Shown: positions 42,101-53,065 of the stretch, piece by piece | How the letters are laid out: each line of letters starts with the position of its first letter | Position numbering within the stretch: the first letter of the stretch is position 1 | Source: Monocercomonoides exilis PA203 | Taxonomy: Eukaryota > Protista > Preaxostyla | Direction of reading: 5' to 3' | NCBI GenBank assembly: GCA_001643675.2 | Contig: LSRY02000023.1 | Span: forward strand, 434,001 to 498,000 | Length of the DNA: 64,000 nt | Notes under the pieces: generated by a model | Told to the model about the DNA's origin: nothing | Database searches by the model: none | Seen by the model: the letters and a program-made list of their open reading frames with translations, nothing else | Program-made: the position numbers and the translations under genes

Positions 42101-42878
42101 TGCTTGGGTGCGATGTTTCTGCAGAGCTGTTTTTTGATGCGCTTACGAGAACGCTTGACGAGCGTGTGTCTGGCGGGTGGAGGCATTTTCTGCTGTCCAA
42201 TCCAAGAAACACGATTGGGAGGAAAGTGATGAGCTCCATCCACAACGATGCATCGCTCAATGTGCTTCATTCTGGTGTGCTTGAGTGCAGTATTTGTGCT
42301 TTTATCATTTCGCTCTTAACTCGGTTGCGCTTATTTTCTGCTCAAAAATTCTTTAATGCATTGTGTTTTCCCATTTGACATTAACTATTTATTTATTTAT
42401 TTATTTATGAATTCTCTGTTGCAATCAAATGATGCGCTTTTCTTTTCTGGGATAAATTGTGCTCAGTGATTGCTCTTTCTGCGTGCCTTGGATGCCGGCG
42501 TGGGGCTATGGAAACGATTTTGCAGCATTTAAGCGCAGTGTGCGAGGTTGCTGACAAGCAGCTTGCTGATATTCAAGAACTGGTTAAACGATGTTTGTTT
42601 CTGTTGTATTTGTGTATTTTTATAACATTTAATTTAATATAATTTGGAATATTGGAAAATTGAAAATCGGCTAAAATTGTTCTTTTCTTTTCTTTTCTTT
42701 TCTTTTCTTTTCTTTTCTTTTCTTTTCTTTTCTTTTCTTTTGACGGATGTGCATTGTGATTTGATTGCCATGACTTGTGTGCAAATCAGCTGGGGATGAG
42801 ATTCGCGTGCTCGACTGGAACCAAACAAAGGTGCTCGCAAATTTGATTTTCCCCAAAAGGCATATTGAAGGCTATTGA
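39158..42878 (+). CDS. Calponin-homology (CH) domain protein, 9 predicted exons
   Basis: Phase-consistent GT-AG exons: 39158-39164, 39228-39346, 39392-39459, 39535-39571, 39637-40570, 40785-41876, 42125-42274, 42467-42592 and 42790-42878. The spliced N-terminus AIEFLAREKAARTYIEEML...LSDGVILCKLAQKVNP...FHKMENILHF...PSDV......LVDCVLTFA is a calponin/IQGAP-type CH domain. The 3' exons are less certain. Confidence 0.75.
42682..42740 (+). repeat. (CTTTT)n microsatellite, ~12 copies, intronic
   Basis: Perfect pentanucleotide run seen directly. Confidence 0.95.
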
Positions 42879-43534
42879 TAATTGCGATTAATCTTACAAT
42901 TGCTTATTTTTTGTTTAGCATTCGCCTAAAATTATCTTTTGTTATTTCATTTTTGTTGCTGTTGTTCGATTTGTCTTGTATATATGTTTTTTTCAATTTC
43001 TTTACAAAAGCTATCCATTCTTTTGAATTTTCTCAAATGTTGATGCTGTTTTTAATATTCTTCTTTTATTTTTTCCCTAGCTTTTTTCAAAAAAATGCTT
43101 ATTTTGCATCAAAAAAGAGAAATTCAATAAGAGGATTTTCTTCATTTGTTCTGCTTTCAGTCAAACATTTGATTATGCTTTTTCTTTTTCTTTTTCTTTT
43201 CTTTTTTCCTCATTTCTTTTATATTGAAAGCTGCACATATTTGGTGTTCGATTTTTCATTTCCAATTAATATATTTTATTTTTAAACTTACGATTGTTTT
43301 TAATTCATTTCACAATTTTATCATTCACTGTTAATCCGTTCTGGGTTGTTCACTATTTGCGGAAATGTTTTATTTAAGCGTTTTTGCCAAATACAATTTT
43401 TGGCTAAAAGAAGAAAAGCTATGCGAAATCAAAAGAGACAAAATTAAAATTTTCTAATTCCATTTCAATTGATTCAATGCCAACGAAAACTATTTGACCT
43501 TTCCACTTGAGTTTATCATTCTTGAAAAAAATTC

Positions 43535-43538
<4 letters not shown>

Positions 43539-43588
<50 letters not shown>
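43539..43588 (+). repeat. Poly-T tract (~50 nt)
   Basis: Seen directly. Confidence 0.95.
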
Positions 43589-43960
43589 CTGGATTGATTG
43601 CTTGATTGATTGATACATCAAATATTATTCAATCTCGAAAAACTTTCAAAAGAGATCGAAAAAGTTGCTTATAAATCAGAAATTATTCAGCATTAAAAAT
43701 GAGTAATTCTAATTCTTTGAAAATGATGGGAAAAGTTTGCGAATGTTTTTATTGAATATTAACAATTAATAGACAAGGACAAAACCCATGACATTAAAAT
43801 CAATAATTAATTCTCCAAATATATTTTTAAATTTGAAAACAAATAGAAAACAAAACAAAACTTTTAGCTAGATCGAAAACCTTCAACGTGTTTAAATAAT
43901 AATGATAAATTCAGGTTGAATGACTAGTATTTTATTGATCGATCTTATTTTATTAATTGA

Positions 43961-44580
43961 ATGAAAAAATCACAAACGACATCGTCTCTTCAGTATGAAA
44001 AGCTTTCTCCCATCAAAGTCTCAGCAGAATTCCGCAGGCTAAATTCAAAGGCTGAAAAAGTGGATTATCTATTAAAACGAGAAATAATCAAACCTCCAGC
44101 TTTGGTGAAAATGAAAGTCATTGCTCATTCTTCGATTTTAAGGCAAATCGCGTAAAAAAAGGCAGGAAGAGTTGTCCACAACAACAGGAGGTCTGGATTG
44201 TTCAATATAGAGGAAATGGAAAAGAATGGGGATTGTTCCATTGCTCATATATCTTCTGCATATAAAACTGCTGTTTTAGATGTTGAAAGTTCGTAAATTG
44301 CTTTTTTATTTGTTCATTCAATCAATTTTTTTGTGACATGTGGAAAACGTTATGATGAAGGGAAAAAGGAATGCACACCAATATCTGACGTGCAGAAAGC
44401 TTGCAAAAAATGGGCATTCAAATTTTTTGGGAAAAGTGTCTTGCTGAAACTTGTTAAATTAACATGAATTGATCTTCACAGACTTAAAATTTCAACAATT
44501 GAAAACATGAGAAATTGGTTTTCATTGTTGAAAAGTGTAACTGACAATAACAAGATTTCTTCAGATATAATCATCAATAT
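43961..44580 (+). pseudogene. Degenerate pogo/Fot1-like (DDE_1, CENP-B-type HTH) transposase N-terminal fragment
   Basis: Stop-interrupted frames give ...ACKKWAFKFF...*IDLHRLKISTIENMRNWFSLLKSVTDNNKISSDIIINI. This matches the pogo/Fot1 pattern D..R......i..WF..l.......i....I.N.DET and breaks off just before the first catalytic Asp. Confidence 0.6.
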
Positions 44581-44654
44581 AGGTGACCATTTTTGAAATC
44601 ATAACATTTTTCGGGGTATTGTTTTTTGAAAGGCTTTTCGTCAATTTCGAAATA

Positions 44655-45103
44655 CAGTCTAAACCGGATATAATCACTCCGAATATAATCACATTCGCCT
44701 ATAGTCACATTTTTCCATGCACCGACATTTTTTTCTTGTTTTTCATTTATTTTTCATCGCATATAATCACAGTGATGAAAATATATAATCACATTTTTTA
44801 TTATTATGGGTGCTTTTTTCAATGAAAAATCGATTTTTTGCTCAGAAATTTCGAATTTTGATTTTTCAAAAATGAACTCAATAAAGTCAAAATAATGTGT
44901 ATTTATAATCAAAATTGTTCAAGCAAGTGAAAAAAGTGTATTTGTGTAGAATTTCTAAAAATAAAAAAATCGACCCAGAATTAATTTTTTTATAAATTAA
45001 TTTTTATTTTTTTCTGTGAAAAGCATCATCGTGTATAATCACAATCGGATATAGTCACAAAAAGTTGTGCAAAAACCGATGTGATTATATCCGGTTTAGA
45101 CTG
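44655..45103. mobile_element. MITE (Tc1/mariner-pogo type), 449 bp, copy 1
   Basis: 23-bp perfect TIR CAGTCTAAACCGGATATAATCAC, TA on both flanks (44653-54, 45104-05), non-coding AT-rich interior. Confidence 0.9.
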
Positions 45104-45388
45104 TAATTTTCTTCCAGATGGGTCATTCTTTTTGAAAAGTTGCTAATGTTCAATTTTTGGGTTTTGCCAAATAGATCACTTTTTGATCACTATTCACAAT
45201 TAATCCATCAAATTTCTTCGGAATGTTTATAAAATCATTTCTTCATATTTAATGCGAGAATATTAACATTCCGAAGAAATTTGATGGATTAATTGTGAAT
45301 AGTGATCAAAAAGTGATCTATTTGGCAAAACCCAAAAATTGAACATTAGCAACTTTTCAAAAAGAATGACCCATCTGGAAGAAAATTA

Positions 45389-45837
45389 CAGTCTAAACCG
45401 GATATAATCACATCGGTTTTTGCACAACTTTTTGTGACTATATCCGATTGTGATTATACACGATGATGCTTTTCACAGAAAAAAATAAAAATTAATTTAT
45501 AAAAAAATTAATTCTGGGTCGATTTTTTTATTTTTAGAAATTCTACACAAATACACTTTTTTCACTTGCTTGAACAATTTTGATTATAAATACACATTAT
45601 TTTGACTTTATTGAGTTCATTTTTGAAAAATCAAAATTCGAAATTTCTGAGCAAAAAATCGATTTTTCATTGAAAAAAGCACCCATAATAATAAAAAATG
45701 TGATTATATATTTTCATCACTGTGATTATATGCGATGAAAAATAAATGAAAAACAAGAAAAAAATGTCGGTGCATGGAAAAATGTGACTATAGGCGAATG
45801 TGATTATATTCGGAGTGATTATATCCGGTTTAGACTG
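45389..45837. mobile_element. MITE copy 2 (mirror image inside the palindrome)
   Basis: Same TIRs and TA flanks. Reverse complement of 44655-45103. Confidence 0.9.
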
Positions 45838-46789
45838 TATTTCGAAATTGACGAAAAGCCTTTCAAAAAACAATACCCCGAAAAATGTTATGATTTCAAA
45901 AATGGTCACCTATATTGATGATTATATCTGAAGAAATCTTGTTATTGTCAGTTACACTTTTCAACAATGAAAACCAATTTCTCATGTTTTCAATTGTTGA
46001 AATTTTAAGTCTGTGAAGATCAATTCATGTTAATTTAACAAGTTTCAGCAAGACACTTTTCCCAAAAAATTTGAATGCCCATTTTTTGCAAGCTTTCTGC
46101 ACGTCAGATATTGGTGTGCATTCCTTTTTCCCTTCATCATAACGTTTTCCACATGTCACAAAAAAATTGATTGAATGAACAAATAAAAAAGCAATTTACG
46201 AACTTTCAACATCTAAAACAGCAGTTTTATATGGGTGATTTTTTTTGATATCATAAAAAATTCCGACGTTTGATCATAAAAAATTTTCATTAAGGGTGGG
46301 GTTGAAAAGAAAAAAGAAAGTGATGATCTCACAAATATATTGCTCTAATTATTATTATTATTATTTATTTATTGATTTTAATTTGTTTCCAATTGTTTTA
46401 ATTACAAATTTTGAAAAAAACGAAAAAAATTATTCTATAAATATCAAAACTGAAGCAAACAGAACGAAACACACGTTCAAACGTTAATAAAACACGATAA
46501 ATATTATTCCAATGCGTTATTAATCTATTTCTTATTTAAATATTTGCAAAATAATGTCATTGCAAAGAAATTATAAAATTTATTTTGTTGATCATAAAAT
46601 TTTTGTTGTTTACAAAAAATTTTCAAAACAAACATTGACAAATTTGATAGAAAAAAAGGCATTAATCGAATAAACAACAATTTGTTGTTTATACATGTTA
46701 AAAACAAACAATTCTTTTTTTAAAAGTCATTTTGAATAATTGATCAACGTTGTCAAGAGAAATAAAAGAAAAAATCTATGAAATTCATG

Positions 46790-49700
46790 CTCCACTTTTA
46801 ACACTGAAAAAGATTTCACCTTGCAACCGTTCTCACATCATTTTCCTCATCTTTAAACCTTCCGCACCCCACTCATTCTCATTTCACTTCTTTTTTTTAT
46901 CATTTTATATCTAGACATTCACCACTTCAGCTTCTTTCCTTTTGTCGCACTGATTCTTTTCCATGCAGGTTCTGCAAACACTCCTATCGTCTGCGATGGC
47001 TGATGAAGAAGAAGGGCGTGTGCCCATTGATCCAACTGCATCTCCGCTGTCTCCTTGAATGGGCTATTTCTCCACATTGCAGCTGCATCCACTTTCACCG
47101 TACTTGTATCTCATCTATTTGCTTTCTCTTTCTTCGCTGATTCTTCACAAGTGGCCGTCTTCCCGTCTGCTCTGACCAGCTCAACAGCTTCGAGGCTGAG
47201 TGCCTCAGAACCCAGAACAGCCTTCACTTTTGACTCATCAAACATCTGCAACATCGTGAGTTCAGGTGACAGAAAGGTTCTTGTGTGAACAACTCGTGGA
47301 AGCGAAGATACTGTTGAGGGCTGACAGCAATGATGCGCCTTCATAACGATTATTCACGGCTTATTTCATCGGCACACATCTTCACACAGTACATATGCTC
47401 CCATTCAATAAGCATAGGCATTGACCATTTATCGATTGGAAAAAGCGTGAAAGCGCCCCTTCCATCCCTCTCTTTATCTCCACCTCCACTTTGCATTGAA
47501 TGATTCCTTCGTGGCTAAGGATTTATTTCTCAGATGCCCAACATCATCAACCAAATCGACGAGTCCTTCTTTTCCATCAACGTCATCCAGCCCTCTCTCT
47601 CCAAAAACACCTTTTCTGCGGCTCCGACTCCTGCTCTCCCTCCCTCGACACCGATCCAGATGTCTATATCCTCCCATTTCATCACCTTCTACCGCGCCCA
47701 CCAGATATTCGTTTGCCGAGACATACACCATCTATAATGTCCGATTCGAATCAGTCACTGGAAGCCTTGTTCTTGTTCACTTCACCACATATATTCCGTT
47801 TTTGTTAAGTTTCTCAGCGCTTCTCTCATATAAAAGCCGGATCTCCTTCCGTTCCTCTTGATCGTCCATACGCTATTCTGTCTTTAACCTTGATGAATAA
47901 TACTTTGATGTATCTCTCTAACTTCTTTTCATTCGCTGGCCTGTTCTTTTACCTCAATTCTGAACTGCTATGTGCTTGCAAGGGAGCACTTCACTTCTCA
48001 AAACCTGCTCTTCGTGATCGCACATCATACTGATTTTTTCTCTTCCACATCATCCTTTCCTCTTTCAACGCTCCCTCGTCCGAGCTTGTGTTAGATGATT
48101 GCTCCGACAGCTCGGTAGAACATCTTATCGCTATAGATGTCGTAATTGCTGTTAAAGAAATATTCCTTCATACTTTTATCCAAATCGATCAGAAAGCTCC
48201 TTTGTTTTGATGCGCTTTATCTTTACTATCATTTTTCTCGGCTAGCTCTGTAGAAGCATGTTTGTTGGCCACTTTCAACTCACCAACGACGTCCTCTCCA
48301 TTCTGAATTACCCCTCCACGCTCCGCAATCTTATCTTCTCCAACTCCTGTGTTCTAAACATCGCCTCACTCAATGGAGGACGCTGTATGCCACCTGATAC
48401 ATCCTTGTTACTCCTCAAAAGCGGATATGCTCTCTTCTGCGTTGCTTCTCAACACCCTCCCCCACTCTTTGTTGCTGTTCTCCAAGGCACTCATGAAAAA
48501 GAAGCATCATACAAAATGATTCAGATATTCAACAAACTCTTCTTGCTTCGTTGTCGCTTCCTGTTCTGGTCCGTTATCGTCTTTTGTTCCAACTTCTCCC
48601 CCTTTCCATTTAACTTTTGCATTTTTTCAAATCTCTTAATTATTTTCAATCCGATTTTCATTCATCATTTTTTGCCAATGCATGCTCTTCTTTCTCTTAA
48701 TCTTCATTCTCTTCATCATCTCGTCAATCTTCTTCTCATTTTCAACTGTTTTTTTTTTTCTTCAGAAATACCCTTCTTCTTTCTTTCTGTAATCATCCCA
48801 TATTAAGATGAGACAAAAAAAAAGAAGAAATCCAATCAAATGAAGAAAGAGATGATGATGAAAAAGTGGTGTTATATGATATTTTTGCACACAAAGAAGA
48901 TGAAATAGAAGAAGAGGAAGAGGAAGAGGAAGAAGAAGAAGAGGAAGAAAGAACGAAATCAGTTTGGCGTTCAGAATGAAGTGATGAAGAGATTGCTTGG
49001 CTTGTTGGAGAAGAAGAAGAAGAAGATGAAGAAGATGAAGAAGAAGAAGAAGGTGAAGAAGAAGGTGAAGAAGAAGAAGAAGAAGAAGATGAAGAAGAAG
49101 AAGAAGAAGAAGAAGAATACGAAAAGGAAGAGAAAGAGGAGGAAGAAGAAGAAGAAGAATTATGATTATCATTGGGAGAAGAAGAAGAAGAAGAAGAAGA
49201 AGAAGAGGAGGAAGAGGAAGAGGAAGAAGGTGAAGAAGAAGAAGAAGAAGAAGAAGAAGGTGTTTGTGGGGGAGCTTCAAAACATTGAGAAACATGCTTT
49301 AATTGAGATGGCATGCAGAGATTAGAAAGAAGAGTGTTTGGATTTTCTTCGTTGAAGTCAAAATGATGCTGACACAAATAATTAGGAGAAGAGAAGGGAG
49401 GAATATGAGCATCTTGTGTGAGTGTGGTTGAAGGAGGAACAAATCGAGTGAGATCTGAAGGAGCTTTGTGCAACACATAAATAGAAGTATGTGTTGATGA
49501 AGCTGAGGAGGAGGAAGGCAAGGAAAAGGAAAAGGAAGAAGAAGAGGAGGAGGAGGAAGAAGAGGAAGAAGAGGAAGAAGAGGAAGAAGAGGAAGAAGAG
49601 GAAGAAGAGGAAGAAGAGGAAGAAGAGGAAGAAGAGGAAGAAGAGGAAGAAGAGGAAGAAGAGGAAGAAGAGGAAGAAGAGGAAGAAGAGGAAGAAGAGG

Positions 49701-52700
49701 AAGAAGAGGAAGAAGAGGAAGAAGAGGAAGAAGAGGAAGAAGAGGAAGAAGAGGAAGAAGAGGAAGAAGAGGAAGAAGAGGAAGAAGAGGAAGAAGAGGA
49801 AGAAGAGGAAGAAGAGGAAGAAGAGGAAGAAGAGGAAGAAGAGGAAGAAGAGGAAGAAGAGGAAGAAGAGGAAGAAGAGGAAGAAGAGGAAGAAGAGGAA
49901 GAAGAGGAAGAAGAGGAAGAAGAGGAAGAAGAGGAAGAAGAGGAAGAAGAGGAAGAAGAGGAAGAAGAGGAAGAAGAGGAAGAAGAGGAAGAAGAGGAAG
50001 AAGAGGAAGAAGAGGAAGAAGAGGAAGAAGAGGAAGAAGAGGAAGAAGAGGAAGAAGAGGAAGAAGAAGAGAAAGAGGAGGAAGAAGAAGAAGAAGAAGA
50101 AGAAGAAGAAGAAGAAGAAGAAGAAGAAGAGGAAGAGGAAGAGGAAGAGGAAGAAGGTGAAGAAGAAGAAGAAGAAGAAGAAGAAGAAGAAGGGGAAGAA
50201 GAAGAAGAAGAAGAAGAAGAAGAAGAAGAGGAGGAGGAGGAGGAAGAAGAAGAAGAAGAGGAAGAAGAATACGAAGAAGACGACGAAGAAGAAAATTGGT
50301 GGCAGTCAAAGGAGGGTTTGTAATGAAAGTGATCGAAGTTGCATTTGAACACGTTTCAGTTGCAGCTTCTTTCTCCACATCCGTAGAAGAGGTTGCAAAA
50401 GAGCGAGATATTTGGACATAGCAACATTCAGTTGCATCACAATCAACTGGCCGTGATGACGATTAGAAGGAAGATGATATAAAAGAAGATGCAAATTCTT
50501 GGTGCTCAGTTCTTTCAGCAGCCGCTCCTTCAAATTGTTCAGATTGATATAAATTAGTCCATTCATTCAGCGCTTTTTTGAACGATTTTGGTGCTTGCAT
50601 GCTTGTGGCATCCTTCTCAGTATCTTCTTCTTCACTCTCTCTTTCACTCTTTCTTCATCTAAGTCTCCTTTTCTAACTTTTTCAAGTTCTTTGTTACTTC
50701 CGTTTTTTAATTTCTTTTTTTCCCCACTTTCATCTGCCTTGATTGCAATTCACCACTATCTCTCTCATCTCCTCGATCTCCTTTATCTTCTAAATCATCC
50801 TTTTCCCTCTTCATTTACTTCTCTTTCTGTTTCTTTCGAACTGTTCACTCAACAAAATGAATCAGAATTCCCGTGATTGTTAATAAATAAGGTTCATCTT
50901 TCCCTTTTGCCTCTGGTTCAACAGAACTCCCAATCTGATAACCAGCACTTCTTCTGTGTGGATGAATACAAACAGAATAAGTACAAAGCAAACCTAGTGG
51001 AAACGCAGAAAAATAAAGAAAAGAAAAGAAGAATGGGAAAGCTGCTGCTTATTCCGTGCCTGTGAATGCTTCCAGAGTTGCAGCGGCGAACAGCAGAAGA
51101 TAAAAAAATGAATTTCTGGAGGCTGAGCAAAGCCGCCTTTCCTGCTGAGCACTATCTGAAAGTTGCTGAATTCTTCTGATTGAGTCGCCGAATTAAGTTT
51201 ATTGTTATCGCTCAAGTTGCCAAGCTGACTCATCCCATTCGTTTCTCCATCGCATTTAACTTTTGAAATAAAATTATCAAAAGAAGAAGCTATTCCTTTT
51301 TCATCCTTCATCTTCTCCTTTTTCTCATCTTCTTCTTTGCTTTCATCTGATAACATTTCTTTAGAATCATCTTCCATCAATTGTTGATGTATTCTCCTTA
51401 TCGAAGAAACAGCTCTTCCAAAAATGTTTATGCTGTGATAGAATCGTTTGGAATGACTGCTGAATGAAGAGAGAAGATGCGCCCAGTCATTTTTGGTGAC
51501 ATATGTGTGCGGAGAACAAGTTGTGGAGATTATTTGGCTGGATGAAGAAGAAGAAGAAGGAGGAGGAGGAGGAAGAAGAAGAGGAGGAGGAGGAAAAGAA
51601 GGAAGAGGAAGAAGAAGGAAAAGACAAAATTTTTGTCAGGATCGTCGAAACTTGCGAGTGATGATGATGCTGACGTACATCTTTTGTTGTCAACATTATG
51701 AATAAAAGGCGCTCTCTGCTCTTTCTTCGTTCTCATCCCTGGTGCTCCCTTTGGAGTTCGATAAGTCAGTCCTTTTTCTGTTTTTCCTTCATTTTCCTCC
51801 TCTCTATCTCCTTCTTCTCCGTCTCTTCCTCTTCCTCTCCATACGGGCCATATCCAATCTGCGAAGCACATTCCACAAAGTTGCCTATTGTAAATTCACT
51901 TGGCTGCGTTATCAGTAAATGTTGCACTTGATTCGTTCTGAAGATGCAGGTTGAGCCAAAATCCATTCGAACATCTCGTTCTGCTGGCGCCGCACATGTT
52001 AAGGACAATCTGAATCATCTGAAAAGTCGTTTGCTTCGTCGTTTTCTTCGTATTTTTCATCTTCGCTCGCTTCGTAGAAGGAGTCTGAAAAAGCAAATCG
52101 ATGGTGAGAATAAATTTGTGGAGAAGAAGAGGAAGATAATGATGGTGTATTCCGATGATTTCTTGTATCTATGTCCTGCGCTCGTGACGAATTCTGTTTG
52201 TGTTCCTTTTGCTTTGCCTTCTTTTCGGTATTTTGTTCTCATTCATCATTAAGCCTATTTTCCACAGTGTCTTTGATCACCTACTCTCTGAAGAAGTTCG
52301 ATTCGCTCCAGTCTAATTCTTCTTTTTGCAGCTTGCTTAATTCGTCCTTTTCATCTTTCAATCTCTTCTGTTTTGCATTTTCTTCGTATCTTCGCTTTTT
52401 GTGTTCTGAATCACTCATTACTCCTTCTTCCTCTTTATATTTATCTCATCTTCCTCTATCTTCCTCCTCTTCCTCTCCATTTCCATCTCCCTCTTTTCTT
52501 CTCTTTCTCTTTCTCGCTCTTCTCATCTGTTTCCCTGCCATTTCTCTTCACTGCTGCTTGTTCTGAAAGATGCCGTGCTTTCCCACTGCCACGATGCCTT
52601 CAAGGATGCCAACAACCACTCCGCTCATGAAACATTCGGAGGAAAAATGAGAAGTCGAATCGAAGCTCATCTCAGGCTCCGTCTTCATCACGCTCATCGC

Positions 52701-52850
52701 TTCTGACCGAGAGTCGGTGGTGGATTTGGAAGAAGAAGATGATGATGAGGATAAGGATGAGGAAGATAACGAAGAAGGAGAAGGCACGTGATGTGGTTTT
52801 GCCTCGTTTTTTGAAAAAGGAGAAGTGCATTTTTGATGTTATTGAAGATC
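46790..52850 (-). pseudogene. Degenerate coding remnants (many stops/frameshifts) with poly-Ser tracts, family unidentified
   Basis: Coding-like composition and short protein-like ORFs on the minus strand (47111-47344, 47474-47731, 50306-50566, 50994-51380, 51766-52008, 52548-52787), separated by in-frame stops. Confidence 0.4.
49553..50065 (+). repeat. (GAGGAAGAA)n 9-bp tandem array, ~57 copies, within a wider GAA/GAG tract (~48900-50290)
   Basis: Perfect periodicity seen directly. Reads as poly-Ser on the minus strand. Confidence 0.95.
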
Positions 52851-53065
52851 GAGAATTTTGAAGATGAATGCATATTATTATCAACTAAGAAAATCAACAA
52901 AATTCTCTTCTTCAGGATTTTGTCTTCTTCAGCCGAAAAGAAACCTCAGAATCCTTTTCACTTTCAGCTCAATCATCCCCCCTCTCCAACAAAAAATACA
53001 AAGCACGCAACAATCTCTTTTTCATTCCATTTCTTTCGATTTTTCACTTCCCCTTTTTTCACAAA

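Larger units (their letters stand above)
44259..46233. repeat. Long palindrome: 969-bp inverted arms (44259-45227 / 45265-46233) with a 37-bp spacer
   Basis: The arms are reverse complements (paired coordinates sum to 90492). The same 80-aa ORF is called at 44583..44825(+) and 45667..45909(-). Confidence 0.95.

Noticed and set aside
44655-45103. CRISPR-like reading of the recurring TATAATCAC motif
   Set aside because: The repeats are ~9-11 nt, irregularly spaced, lie within TIRs and have no cas genes nearby. The context is eukaryotic.
44583-45909. Identical 80-aa ORFs on opposite strands
   Set aside because: Non-ATG, AT-rich frames running through a MITE. The identity simply reflects the palindrome.
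48762-50378. Long ORFs of 519 aa (poly-Ser), 359 aa (LLP repeat) and 285 aa (KKR repeat)
   Set aside because: They are produced by the stop-free 9-bp array and the surrounding sequence is stop-ridden. Not supportable as real genes.
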